Both the position numbers and the translations under genes were made by a program. From Hydrolagus colliei (Eukaryota), in NCBI GenBank assembly GCA_035084275.1, contig CM068761.1, forward strand, positions 8,742,001 to 8,806,000: a stretch of DNA of 64,000 bases, written 5' to 3'. The notes beneath the pieces were generated by a model. The model had not been told where the DNA came from, ran no database searches, and saw nothing but the letters and a program-made list of their open reading frames with translations. Shown here piece after piece: positions 24,363-37,830 of the stretch. Position 1 is the stretch's first letter; each line of letters opens with the position of its first letter.

Positions 24363-24653
24363 NNNNNNNNNNNNNNNNNNNNNNNNNNNNNNNNNNNNNN
24401 NNNNNNNNNNNNNNNNNNNNNNNNNNNNNNNNNNNNNNNNNNNNNNNNNNNNNNNNNNNNNNNNNNNNNNNNNNNNNNNNNNNNNNNNNNNNNNNNNNNN
24501 NNNNNNNNNNNNNNNNNNNNNNNNNNNNNNNNNNNNNNNNNNNNNNNNNNNNNNNNNNNNNNNNNNNNNNNNNNNNNNNNNNNNNNNNNNNNNNNNNNNN
24601 NNNNNNNNNNNNNNNNNNNNNNNNNNNNNNNNNNNNNNNNNNNNNNNNNNNNN
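24363..24653. other. Assembly gap (291 N)
   Basis: Run of N. Confidence 0.99.
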
Positions 24654-24956
24654 TTAATTTGTAAGTCGCTTTTCCGTATTTTCAATAAAACAAACAACTT
24701 CCCAATTAAGACATTTCCACAATTCTGGTGCAATTTTAAATGTTACGGCAAACTGGTAGATTTCATCTTTTGAGAGTGTCGTTCAGATATGTTTGGCTTC
24801 AATTTCCGCTTGGCAATGAGGTTTCTGATTTATCAACATGAGCAGGTGTCGCTGTATCAACGGTTCAACGTTGCAAGTGGGTTACATTGATGTTTTCCCC
24901 TTATATTGCAAACTACAACATTGCTAAACACCTGATACTGAAGGTCGATATTCAAT

Positions 24957-25210
24957 ATCATAGAAATATAGAATTATCGGGTCAGAAGGAGGCCATTTGT
25001 CTCATTGTGTCTTGCTGCCCCTTCAATAAGAGCAGTCAGAATCCCCGCCACTGCCCACACTCTGTCCCAATAGCCATACTCACCTGTCCCCACAAACAAT
25101 TATCTGTTTCCCTCTTAAAAGTTATTATCTTCAACCACCCTTTCAGGCAATGCATTCCTGATCAGAAGAACTCGCTTTGTGTAAACAAATCTCACCTTCC
25201 CACTCTTTCT
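24957..25210 (-). mobile_element. Short CR1 3' fragment (paralogue at about 51308-51560)
   Basis: atcatagaaatatagaat tail followed by gaaggaggccatttg and tttcaggcaatgcattcctgatcag. Confidence 0.65.
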
Positions 25211-26129
25211 TTTAAAAACTATTTAAAAGCTACTTTTCTAAGGATTGGATTATTTATTTGAAACCAAGAAACAACATGTTTTCACCAAATTCTACATGGT
25301 TGAGGTCAATCCATACTTCAGACTTCTTCCATTTATTATATAAAGCAAGCGTCAAACTAGATGAATTACACAGTATGCTGTGAAGTATACTGTACATCCA
25401 TTTGAAAAAAATTAAAATTTTGAGACGAGCTCCAGAAGAACACATGTCAATCCAATACTATTTTGGGCAAACCTACCTATTTGGCTGAGTGCCAAATACA
25501 GATTATTTTCATATTATTCTATCCATTAGAAAGGCCACACAAATATAATTAAACATTTAACTTCACAAACATATGTCAATTAAACTTAATCAACACGTAA
25601 AAATCTTGACGTATTTTCTTTGCGAAATAATCACATGGAATACTTCAGCAGATTGGAACACACTGACTAAGTATTTCCATATATATTATGCATTGACATA
25701 CACATACTTAAGCAGAATGTCAACAGAATGCAACCTAATGATATGAACAGTGAAGGTAATAAAGAAGTGAAGAATATGTTTTATAAGTAAAATAGATGAA
25801 AATTGAACTCAACAATTCATGTAAGGGGCATGCAGTCAGTGAAAGACCCTTTTCTGCAAAACCCAGTTCTTAAAACCACGAGTAAGAGCATAAAAAGTGA
25901 AAGTGACAAACATTTTGGAGTTCAGCCATCCTCACCCATGTCTCTCCCGCTTAGTGTGGGTCACATCACTCAGGCACACGATAAGGCCAGCATCCAGGTT
26001 TCCCTATTCCTATCAGTCAGTTTCAGCATGTCTCATATACACAGCGTCAAGAATAGCAACATGAAAAATAGATCTGTATTGCACAATGTGCCAAGACGCT
26101 GCTCAGACAGTATTTCAGTATCTCCAAGC

Positions 26130-27520
26130 TGGAGATAGGGACCAGGGAGTATGGAGGTCATAAGGCAGGGGGGGCTCGGGGGCAGGGTAGGATGTGGTTC
26201 AAAGCAGGAAGTGAAGCAGTCCAGAATGAAGCAGGCAGAAGTGGAGGAAGGTGTTCCTGGTCGGGGACCAGCTGTGGGGAAGGATGAAGAGCTGGGGTCG
26301 AATTGGATACATAGATTATACAGTAGTTCAGTGAATCTGAAGGAGAGCTCAGGGAGCTTGATGACTTTAGATCACTCTGCAGGAGTGAAGACATTGATGG
26401 GAGCTAACGAGGATGGCTTCTCCACATTCAGCTGCAACGAATGTGCACTCAATCAGGCCCAGACAATCAGATCCAACATCTGCGGACCTGGGGTCAAGAC
26501 AGGAGGAAACAAAATACAGTTCTAGGTGTGTGATGCATTGTCAGCGGTCCTTCCATCTTACAAGTGCCAAACCAAAGTCCAAACTGCCTGTCCACCTGAA
26601 TGTCAAGCATCTCAGGGCACTATTCAAAAAGAGAAGGAAATTTATTTCAGTGTTCATGGCCAATAATTCCCCAAATAATATTGATCCATAAGGTATTATA
26701 ACACACAGAACACACACTGCCACTTGTCTTGAGAGTACATGTTGCCAAGTGTATTGGGACATCCTCAGAGGATAGAATTCAAAACACTTTGCTCACTTTC
26801 AAGGCCCTGCAGAGCCTTGCCCCTTCCTACCTCTCTTACCCACTGACACCCTATCAACCTGTCTCCATACATCAGGCTATAGCCTTGTCCATGTCTTGCC
26901 CGACCCACTCTAGCATTGGCGGCTAAATATTTAGTCTCTAGGCCCCTACCCTTTGGAACTCCATTACAATCCCTTCACCTTGATGCCTTCCATGCATCCT
27001 ACAAGACCCAACTCAACAACCTCCTTTGCAACTGTGCATTAAGTCGTCCTGCAATCTCTCTGCACAGTCGATAAGAAAGGTCATTAGACAAGAGCTGAAA
27101 GTTGGAAGAGAGGCATTGAGTCGAAGGGAATGAGGAAAGGAGTTCCAGAACCTTGGGGCATAATGGCTGAAGGCACAGCCACCACTGGTGGAATGGAGGA
27201 TTCGGGGAACAAGGAGGAGGCCCGATCCGGTGGAGTGAAGTCAACGGGTACTGCTGGGAGGACACAGGAGGTCAGAGAGAAGGGGCATTCAGAGCAGTGG
27301 AGGAATTTGAAAGCAAGAGTGAGGATATTGAAATGGATCCTCTCCAGGATATGGAGCCAGTGCAATCTGGCATGTACTGGAGTAATCAGATTGTGGTGTT
27401 TGGTATGCGACAGAATTCTGCATCACCTGTATTCTATGAATGGAAGCGTAGAGGAGACAGCGAGAAGGGCATTTGAATAGTTCAGCTGAGAGGTGAAAAA
27501 GGCATCGACAGGGTCTGCAC
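26130..27520. mobile_element. Cluster of L2 fragments in both orientations
   Basis: Reverse QLNVEK-like motif near 26420; + strand L2 tail at 26740-27040; - strand HWLHILERIHFNILTLAFK (ORF 27084-27365). Confidence 0.6.
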
Positions 27521-27609
27521 AAGGCTCTTTCATGGCCTAGGCGAGCCTTCAGATGTGCACCCCCCAGTAACTTTCCAGTAACGGCGCCTACCCCTCACAT
27601 TGCTACATA

Positions 27610-27997
27610 CAGTAAAAGCCTGTTTAGCCATGACCCGATTAAACGGATTGCTCAACCCCCACTTCGTGGCAATTCTCCATTCCAGAAATCGCGAGTATGC
27701 TCAATTTGCTCATGCGTGCGCATGCGCACTTATTAAACTTACGAACTTGGAGGTTTTTACCGATCGGTAAAAAATGCTGTTTTACCTAGTTTTTACTGAG
27801 TGTGCTGAAATCTTTATTGGTAAGTAGCTATATGCTATTCTGTTACTATTTAGTATATTATTAATATAGTAAGTTTTAAAATAAGTAAATTTTTTGTTTT
27901 GGGTTTTCGGAAACTTCCTGTCCGATTATCCGGCACAGTCAATTAGTTACCCACACTCGCCCCCCACCAGGCGTGCCGGATAAACGGGCTTTTACTG
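27610..27997. mobile_element. Tigger/pogo-like (Tc1/mariner superfamily) MITE
   Basis: TIRs CAGTAAAAGCCTGTTTA ... TAAACGGGCTTTTACTG (16/17) flanked by TA at 27608-27609 and 27998-27999. Confidence 0.85.
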
Positions 27998-28189
27998 TAC
28001 CTTGTCCTGTGCCCATCCCTGGAGCAGCTCCTCGCCTGTGATCTGAACTCCAGTGGAGCCCTGTCCTCCCACTCGCCGGGAGGAGAGCTGTTGAGCGGGA
28101 GACGTCACCTCACTGATATCTGTCTGCTGCCATCCCCACTCCTGCTGGGTTCAGAGCTGCTGCGGCGAAGCATGTTGCAGGTGTCGAAG

Positions 28190-28278
28190 CAGGGCCGGCG
28201 CCAACAAAATTTTGGTGCTTCCAAAATATTGGCACCTTAGGTGACTGCCTAGTTTGCCTAATGGTAGTGCTGGCCCTG
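28190..28278. mobile_element. 89-bp hAT-like MITE
   Basis: Ends CAGGGCCGGCGC ... GTGCTGGCCCTG are inverted; related element at 56781-56850; no clear TSD. Confidence 0.6.
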
Positions 28279-28329
28279 GGCGTGGACCAGCGTTTTGCCA
28301 GCATTTGGGATGAAATAATGGCAAAGACA

Positions 28330-29421
28330 GACGATCACATCAGAAATAGAAGAAAGCACTGCTGGTGAGGGACTGGATGTGTGGTAGAAAGAATAATTGG
28401 TGGTCGAACTTGACGGCTAGGTTAGGTACGGGTTCAGAGAATTTAAGTGGCAGGTCAGGTAGGTGGAAACGTTGAGAACTGTGCAATTAATGATGCTAAC
28501 AAGAGCAAAATTGTATGGATTCAAACTTGTTAACATTTAGCTGAAGGAAATTCCTTCTCATCCAGCTCCTGATTTTTAATAGGCAGGCTGACCGAATATC
28601 AGGTGATTGGGGGTCGCAAAGTGAAGTGGAAAAATAGAGATAGGTGTCATACACATATGGAAATGTCCCCCATGTCTGCGGATGAGATACCCAAGAGGGA
28701 GCATATAGATTAGGAAGAGGAGGGGGTCAAAGATGGATTCTGGGGGTAGCACGCAGGTAAACGGGTGAGATCAGGTGGAAAAGCTATTTGTGGAGATGTA
28801 CTGCTGGTGGTTTGTGATGTAGGACTCAAACCAGGTGAGGGCGGTCCCATTGCGATGGATGACAGATGACAGGGGGTGGAAGAGGATGTGGCAATCGACT
28901 GTGTCGAAAGCGGCAGAGAGGTCCGGGAGGACAAGGAGGTAGAGGGAGCCCCTGTCACAGGTAGAGAGGATGTCATTTGTGATGTTCACAAGCGCAGTCT
29001 CTGCACTGTGGGCAGGACGGAAACCAGATGCCATGACTTTGGCAGTGAAGTGCAAGTTTGGAATAGGGCCAAAGTGGCTTGGGATTGAGGGAGCTAGGGA
29101 AGATGTTTTGAGGATGGGAGTGATGGCAGCAGTTATGAGTGCGGCATGAACTGATCCTGAGGAGAGGGACAGATTGATGACATCAACCAGCAGTGGGCAG
29201 AAAAGGGGGAGCTGGGTGACCAGCAAAATGGTGGGAAGTGGGTCGAGGCAACAGGTGGTGGATTTCAGAGAAATGATGATGGATGAGAAAGGGGAAAGAG
29301 AGATGGGGAGGAAGGAATGTAGGATGGGGGTGTGGTAGAAGCTGATGATGGGGAGGGTGAGGGGAATGAAGAGGCGGTGATGTTGGGCAACAAAAGGCAA
29401 GAGCATGATGCTGCATGGCAA
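28330..29421 (-). mobile_element. L2 LINE reverse-transcriptase region, degenerate
   Basis: ORF 28771-29421: CCLDPLPT, GFRPAHSAETALVNITNDIL, DLSAAFDTVD, GTALTWFESY. Confidence 0.85.
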
Positions 29422-30619
29422 CTATTATTTATTTTTGTCCTTGATCTCCACAAACTTAATATTTGATATGAAGTTTGAGGAGGCCAGATTGTCACACAGA
29501 GGAGGTAGTGGGTAGTGGAAAAAACGACTTCAGCATTATTTTATTAGAAATGGCCTTGTCCATTATCCTCAGGTCGGGAAATGTAATTGGCATGTGTGAT
29601 GGCGAGTTACAGGGCATGGCCACACTTCTGGGATGCTGAATTTATGCGAAGGTGGGTGAGGTTTAGGGAGGAGAGGAGAACAGTGGAGTCAGAAGCTGTG
29701 GTGGAAAGGGAGTTTAGGTGGAGTTTGATGTCACCCATTATGAGCAGGCATTCAGAAGAGGGGGACAGGGAAGAGAGAAAAAAGATGAGAGAAGAAGGAG
29801 CCAGGGGTTGTAGGGAAGGTGGTAGACCAAAATAATTTTCAGTGGCAGAGAGGGATGGCAGAGAGTGAGGTGCTCAAAAGAGTGCAATCAGCCAGAGGAA
29901 TAGCAGAAAGTCCAAGGGAAGCTTTGGATATGGATATGATATCAGGGCGATGCTCGATGGGGGCAGCAGCCAAAACGTGCATGCAGAGCCGGGAAGCAAG
30001 CAATCAGTGGGATGGCATCAGCATGCAGGGTACGTGGTCATGGCTAAGATGTGAGTGACAAGGTCTGCCATGACATTTTCTCCTTACCCACTTTCACTAC
30101 ATATTAGATTTAGCTGCCACGTTTTGCCCACAAATCTCGTGAATTCACTGTATGTATGTGGGAGACAACACACTGTCCTTCAGTAGGTTGAATAACATAA
30201 ACCTGTTTCCTATTCTATATCGCATCATCTAATAGGTGTCAGGAACATGTCCAGAACATCAGAACAAAATGCAAATTACTGAAGCTGCAGCTGCTGAAAG
30301 CAAAACGGGAGTCGCTGGGAACATTGTATTTTCTATGGAGAAAATACAATGCGTCATTGTTTCGGGTGCATGACCCTTCATCAGTCCCCAACTCAGAACT
30401 CAGTGATCCCAGCGATGTCTGTGCTTGTTCCAGAAGATCGGTCTTGCGTATTTATGATTTGATACCATCGCATCTCTGTTACCTAGGAGGAAAAAAGACT
30501 TACAGCTGTTAATGTTTCAGCTGACCAAACTCATGTGTCACAGTGCATAGCGGTAATGGGCAGGACATTGCAATTCATTGTTGTTTACTTAAGCATGCTG
30601 AGGGGAACATTCATTAAAA

Positions 30620-31470
30620 GACAAGAACATAAGAATTAGGAGCAGGAGTAAGCCATTTAGCCCTTCGAGTCTGTTCCGCCATTCAATAAGATCATGGCTG
30701 ATCGTCTCATCTAACTCTGATTACCTGCCCTATCCCCATACCCCTAATTTCCCTATTTTTCAAAAATCTATCTGTCTCAGCCTTGAAAATGTTCAACGAC
30801 TGAGCATCTATAACCATTTGGGGTAATGAGTTCCACAAATCCACTGCCCTCTGAGTGAAGAAATGTTTCCTCAACTCTCTTCTGAAAGGGTGACCCTTAA
30901 TTTTAAGACTGTGAAACCTGGCTATAGGTTCTCCTACCAATCTCTCAATATCTACTTTATCTTGCCATTTAATAACCTTATATGTTTCAATAAGATCCCA
31001 TCTAATCCTTCTGTACTCTGGAAAATACAGCCCTGGTTTATTCAACCTATCCTTATAGTCCCCTCATCCCAGGAACTAACCTAGTGAATCTACGCTGCAC
31101 CCCCTCTAAGGCAAGTGTGTCATTTTTTAATTAAGGAGCCCGAAACTGCATACAATACTCTAGGTGTGGTATCACCAAAGCTCTGTACAGTTGCAGCAAG
31201 ACTTCCCTACTCTTGCACTCTAAACCTTTTGAAATGAACGCTAGCATGCCGTTCGCCTTCTTAGTTGCTTGCTGCACCTGCAAACTAACTTTTTGGGACT
31301 CGTTTACAAGGACACCCAAATCCCTTTGAACACTGATACTATCTAACTTCTCCCCATGTAGAAAATAATCTATTGTTTTATTCTTGCTACCTAGGTGAAT
31401 AATTTCACACTTGCTGACATTGAATTCCATCTGCCACCTACTTACCCACTCCCCTAGCCTATCTATATCT
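30620..31470 (-). mobile_element. CR1 LINE 3' fragment, paralogue of 17914-18790
   Basis: ORFs 30707-31045 and 31131-31430 (MEFNVSKCEIIHLG, RDLGVLV, PHLEYCMQF); same flanking context as the 17914 copy. Confidence 0.85.
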
Positions 31471-32581
31471 CCTGTAGCCTATCTATACCTAGATATTGAT
31501 AGTGAGGTGGGATCAGAGGTTTTGGAGGGCAAGGCATGTTGGGACTGAAGGGTTTTACGACGCGTATAGAAGGAATCAAGGGAGGGAGTGAACAGAGGTA
31601 GGAAGGAACAAGGCCGTAGGGATCTTTGAAGTCGATGTTGAGAAATTTTGACTTTAGCCTCTGTGAGATGTGGAGCAAATGTGGAGCAAATGTAGCGGAG
31701 GGATGGTGGGGGGTGATAGGTTCATCTGGAGAAAAATATCTCGCATGCAGGAACGCAAAGTAGGAGTCAAGAAAATCCCAGTGTGAGGGTAGGATCGGGC
31801 CTGAAAACTGTGCGATGGTAACTTGGACAGTTCATATTGTGAAATATCTATAAACCGTACACATAGTTTGAAGATGGTGGGCGTCGCTTGAAAAGTGTGG
31901 CTTTCTGTGCAGATGTGCAGCATATCAACTGTAGCAAGTCAGTCTGCAAACTGTAACTGCAAATGTTGTTGGTCCCTCGCTTATCCGGTTATTAGGCAAC
32001 CGAGGGCTATCAAAAAACAGCCGGGCTTATTCTACAGATTAGCCAGAAGTCAACAAAATGCAGAAACAATTATCCGAAATTATCAGAAAAAACTCCCCAA
32101 CATTGACATTCCCTGTGAACTTGGGCAAGTGGTCTTCCGGGATTCACACAATGAAAAGCACACTGTTAATATTTAACTAACAGTGTTAATTAAATATTTT
32201 CGAAGCTGTCAAGTGAACTCATTGTACATTTTCTGGGCGACTCAAGGCAGCCGATGCCACTCTGCAGAGTCCTAGATACAATGGTGGATAGAGAAACCAC
32301 AGTATATATTGAAAATTTGACAACTTTACAACCCGCCAGTGAATCCGCCCAGGTCCTATGCTTCCGAGGCTACTCCTCTAACAACTTTGCTGGAGGACGC
32401 CATGTATCTTCAGTTTACATTAAATACTTTGTTTCTTACTGGAAATAAAATGATTTGATCAATCAAACTCTTCAGGGAGAAACGTTGTATAATATTATCA
32501 TGCAATATCTTTTCAAATATGGGCAGTAAAATGCCTAAAATCTGCATGATATTCAGTTTACTGCTGAGAGCAAGTTTTACT

Positions 32582-32647
32582 ATTGGACAATGCAACCCGG
32601 GGGATGATTTGCATAATCTATCAATTCAACTGAATTTGCATCACCTG
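32582..32647 (+). promoter_or_regulatory. IgL cluster 3 promoter: ATTGG 32582-32586, octamers 32607-32614 and 32634-32641, E-box 32642-32647
   Basis: Two perfect ATTTGCAT starting 27 bp apart. Confidence 0.87.
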
Positions 32648-32741
32648 ATGGTTCTTAAGGAGAAGTTTGGATCAAACACTGAAGTGGCTTTTGTCTGGAA
32701 AATCCCTCATTTCTCTTCAGATCTTCGTCAAACTGTTCACA

Positions 32742-32790
32742 ATGGGCGATTGGCTCCGTGTTCTGGCCGCTTTGCTCCTGTGTCTGCATG
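32742..32790 (+). CDS. IGL: IgL cluster 3, leader exon
   Basis: ATG 32742; MGDWLRVLAALLLCLH-G; donor GTAAG at 32791. Confidence 0.93.
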
Positions 32791-32846
32791 GTAAGCGCTG
32801 CGGAATCCGCACTGATCTCAATTACCTTCACTTTGTACAGTTAGTT

Positions 32847-32910
32847 CTACAGTGTGACCTGTCTACAGTGTGACCTATCTACAGTGTGACCTATCTACAG
32901 TGTGACTTAT
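32847..32910 (+). repeat. 16-bp leader-intron repeat x4
   Basis: Units at 32847, 32863, 32879 and 32895. Confidence 0.9.
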
Positions 32911-32932
32911 CTGTGACTTGTTATTTCTCCAG

Positions 32933-33280
32933 GAACAACCGCAGCTGTTACCCTGACTCAGCCACCGTCCATCTCAACCTCCCCGGGAAACACCGTCAAG
33001 ATCACCTGTACCATGTCCGGAGGCAGCATCGGCAGCTACTACACGAGCTGGTACCAGCAGAAGCCTGGCAGCGCCCCTGTGCTTGTTTGGCGTGATTATG
33101 ACTCCACCAGAGGTCAGGGGATTCCTGATCGATTCACTGGTTCTACGGGATCATCGGACATGCATTTGACCATCAGGGGTCTGCAGCCGGAGGACGCGGC
33201 TGATTATTACTGTGGTGCTTGTTTGAGCAGCAGTCCGTATACCTTCGTGTTCGGTAAAGGGACCAAACTGAATTTGAAAA
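32933..33280 (+). CDS. IGL: IgL cluster 3, germline-joined VJ exon
   Basis: Acceptor at 32932. Open frame ...[25 protein letters not shown]; donor at 33281. Confidence 0.95.
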
Positions 33281-36013
33281 GTAAGTGATTTTTGCGATTC
33301 TACATTGACTGTGAAGTGGGGAGTCTCGGGTTTACAATAATTATTTTGATCTGGTTCTGTGTGATTCATTTTACAATATAAATGTTTAGCTGCCTTACCC
33401 TCGCTCTGTGTTTAATTCTGTTATACAATATTCCTGTTATGTTTGCATTAAGCAGTAATCTTCGGAATGGTAAGTGATTTATTTACGTGGAATTCGGATA
33501 TTCTGAATTCAGAAACATGTGAACCCTGAGTTTCAATAAGAATCTCTGAAGAATTAAGGATACTGCAGGAAACAAGCAATGACAAAATAACAGCAACAAA
33601 ATTATATGTGTAGAGCGCCTTTCACATCGAGAGGAATTCCCAAGGCGCAGAGCAGACAGGACATGAAAATGGGGGGGTGGGGGTGTTGGCTGGCGGGGTT
33701 TGCAGGGATGAGGGAAGGTGTAGGACGGCGGCTGAAAGCATGGTCGAAGAGGAGGATCTTTAGTTTGGGACTGAGGGGGGAAGGTAGGAAACAAGACAAA
33801 GAAATTGTGAGAAGAAAACTGGGCGAAGGAATTAAATTAATTAGGAGACAACAACAACAAAATTACATTCGTATAGCGCCTTTCATTCGAACGCCGACTA
33901 TGATGGTGGTTAAGTTTACTTTAATATTGTGTATATTCAAAGACTCAATAAAGTATATAAGATTCACTGAACGTCTGCAGATCCTGGTAATGGATGAACA
34001 GCTACAGTGAAAGGATGTAACAGTTTCACACCTGGAATTGAAGAGGAGCTTTCCAGTGCCAAATTACTGAATTGATATACAAACCACAAAATACTACAGA
34101 TGCTGGGAATCTGAAACAAAAACAGAAGTAGGTTGAGTTCTGACGAAGGGTTGTAGATCCGAAACGTTGACTCTTTTTCCTTTCTCCATGGATGCTGCCT
34201 GACCCGCTGAGTTTCCCCAGCAACTTCTGTTTTTGTTACATAAATTGATATGTTTAATTACAATCTTTTACCCGGTTTGTAAGCATGAGGTGATGTTTAA
34301 CCGAACCTTCAGCACAGGAAAATAAACAGCAACTTTCCACAGGGTGAGTCTCCCTCGGCTCCAATAGGTGAGAGTTTCAGATCTTAGAGGGAACTGGATA
34401 TTGGGGACATGTTTCTGTTCTGTAACTACTTGGATGTTTGAAGAATTTAAACTTCCAAGAGACCTCGTAACTCTCTTCAACTGCTGCTCAGATGACGGAA
34501 CAACTCCGAGAGGTTTCTCTGAGCATTATTTGACATCAACTTTTCATCCTCTATTTTAGGATAATTAAAATGCGATAGTCGGCTTCGTGAGCGAATGTGT
34601 ATCTTGGTACAATTTAGACATGCGCAATCAACCACTGCGTTATTCCCAGCATTAATAATCATCCATGTGTTATTTTTTCAGGTAGAGTTGTATTCCTATT
34701 TCTGCTTCTTTAAAATATTTTATTTCCTCCCAATATCGTGGTTGGTGTCACTGAGGAGAGTTCAATTGTAATTTGCAGCAGAGATTCAGTATATCACCTG
34801 TGATTCACCGCAAGTTGCTGTAAGTGATCAATGTGAATCAGTGAAGACACAGGCTGAGCAGCGGTTCAATCTCTCAAACCAGCAATAAAAGCACCAAGAA
34901 ATATTATACATATTGTAGATGTTAAAGATTATTATTTCGCGGGGACAGTATAGCGATCTTTATTGTAAATATAATACAATATATTTCATGAGCCCTACAA
35001 AACATTGTGAAATTGGCAATCACTATTTTAAGCTGCTAAAAATTAATCAACATGCGTCTCAAATGCCTCATATTTTGACTTTTCCTTCCTACAGCATTTA
35101 AGGAAAGTGAACCGTCAGGTTTTCACCCCGGATTGTCCGGTTTTTATTGCGTGTCGCTGATGTCTGAAAAACATTGTGTGTCGAAACGTTGATTTATTAG
35201 GAGAGGAGAGAACGCAAACATTTGCGGATTTATAATGAACTCAATCAGGTCTGATTGGTTGCCTCTTCAAACGAATCGTTACCAATATCATTGCTAATAT
35301 TCTGTTTGCATTTGTAAAGCTCGTTGTATTTCGCGGTGTATTGAACCAGGGGTTTGTACACAAACCGCGTTTAGTATTTATAATTCTCTTTCTCCCGCGT
35401 TTGTTCCCCCAAAATATACAATCAATTCACTTCACCGCACATTCTGTGAATTGCTGTGAGACATCTCGAAAACTTGATAAGGCGTTCTAAAAATGAAAGA
35501 ATTCTTGTTATTATCATCGAGCTGTAAATGGTCAATGAAACAGGCACTATACAATTGTAAATTGTTGTTATCTAGATCTACTTGGAGTTTGGTGAACTCC
35601 GTCACAGTTCAGCAGTACATTAGTGGAGATTCAACCCAGTTTCCTCCCGACTGAAAATTCTTGAAACTCCAAAGTATTCAAATGTGGACAAAGATCTTCC
35701 TTAGATTCGGCGTAGTTGCAAAGTGTCAATTACTTGCATTATTTTTTGCTTCTCCTTTGCGAATCAACTTCAACAGTGATTCAATTAACGATCTAAACAT
35801 TTTACAGCGCGTTCAATCAATTTAACGTCAAGACCATATTACCTGTGACATGATATTTAATGGTTGGTGTCGTTTCTCATTTGTTCAATGTTTTCGTGAG
35901 AATCGACAGATGATATGATAGGCCGTGGAGTTTATTGCGAGGAAAATATTTGATGTATTGTTTTCAACTGTCTTTCGGGGACATTATCTAAATATACAAT
36001 CCTTTCCTTCCAG

Positions 36014-36336
36014 ATCCACGGGCCCCTTCGGTGACTGTCCTTCCGCCGTCACCAGATCAAATCACAGCAAAGAGCAAGGCGACCCTGGTGTGTCTGGTGA
36101 ATGATTTTACCCCGGGAGCTGTGGAGGTCAAGTGGACTGTGGATGGCAGTGCCAGAAGTGAAGGTGTTGAAACGAGTGCGATCAAGCAGGAGGTGGACAA
36201 CACGTACAGTGTGAGCAGTTATCTGACTCTGCCAGCCTCCGAGTGGAAGTCACACGAGCTGTATTCCTGTCTGGTCACACACGAGGCTCGGGCAGATCCG
36301 CTGGAAAAAACCATCGCCAGATCCAGTTGTTCCTAA
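36014..36336 (+). CDS. IGL: IgL cluster 3, constant exon
   Basis: Acceptor ccttccag at 36013; 323-nt open C1-set domain ending SSCS*. Confidence 0.95.
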
Positions 36337-37524
36337 TCAGGAATGTGCAGCGCTGGTCGAATGTACTATTTGCAATGTACTTTTAGTGATCATTATTCTG
36401 TTTCGAAATATTTGTTGATTACGTTTGTTTTGTCAAATATGTTCACAAATGACTAACATTGTAAGCACAAACTACTAAGTTGCCAAATTCTGTAAATTTC
36501 CGGACTGAAGGGAAGGCATCCTTTAGATTTGTTTGAAGTATTTAAACTGGTAATAATGAATACACGGTTCACATCGTTTGCCTGAATCCTTAGGTTGGAT
36601 TTCACATCCTTTTGTCATGTTACACAAATACCGAAAATAATAAAAAGTCTCTGCATTCTCCTCTGTGCCGTCACTCGATTTCTTCCAGATTTTCTTTCCG
36701 ATTGTTCAAACCAACCGATTTTTATCTTAGTTTTATTATTCGGCAAATCAACATAAACAATGATCGTTGATGGAATGGCTTCACAGACATGTTTACACGA
36801 GGATCTGTTACACTAGAAGCAATTCGTGCCAACAAGCGAACAACAGGTTTGGTTCTCTATTGTGGGATCCAGAGGATTTCAACTTCAAAATCTCACCTGG
36901 TGTCAACCTGTAAAATAATTAGATTTAAAACTTTAGATTGTCTGGAGGGAATTCAGTCTGAATTTGACTGCGTCTTTCCATATTTATTGATTTATTTTAA
37001 ACCCAATTAAGACACAATTTTGCTGACATTTCGCATGTTATGACAAAACCGGTGGATATCGTCTTTCATGTTGGCTGTTCGGAAATGTTTGGTTCTAACA
37101 TCCGCCTGGCAACTGTTGCTGCTTATGAACATCAGCAGGTGTCGCTGCATCAACCGATTAAAAATTGCATGTCTGTGTTCCACTAGTGTTGCAAACTACA
37201 GCATTGCTAGCATTATATACGCAATGTTGTAGGTCATTATTCAGTACAATATAATATTAAAGATCGGATTATTTAAGTTGCAAATGAAGCCCAGAAATAA
37301 CAGGTCTGCAGCAGCATCCATATGTATATTTGTCCAAGGCCAATCCAAGCAGATTAAGTGCTTTGTGACTACATTACGGGAAAAGCGCTATATAAAACGC
37401 AAGGATTATTCTTATTATCCATACATCAGACTTAATATTTTTCCTTGAAAGACATTACTAATTAATGAAAGATATTACTAGCATTATATTAGCAATTTTG
37501 ATAATAAATTAAGAATTACGTAGT

Positions 37525-37830
37525 ATTAACCTATTTGGTGGAGTCTTGTAACTCGGCCTACAAGTAAGAAACATGGGTTCAATTACAACCACGGTGAAAC
37601 CGTGAGCCGATTTTCTTAATTAAGACGAAAAAAAAAATCCCTCCAAAAAATAAAAAATAATAAATGAATCATTTCAATGCATAACTATTTGTGGGAATCT
37701 GCTGTGCACAATTAGCTGCCGTGTTTCGCCCACAAAATATACAGACAATCCAATTTACAGTATAGTCTGTGAAGTACATTGAGACTTCTAGCGTACGTAA
37801 ACTGCGTAATATAAAATGCAAAACAATTTT
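37525..37830 (+). mobile_element. Short Deu-type SINE, paralogue of 14760-15075
   Basis: Same core and same position downstream of C. Confidence 0.6.

Noticed and set aside
24238-24733. ORFs of 139 aa and 124 aa
   Set aside because: Artefacts of translating through the N gap.
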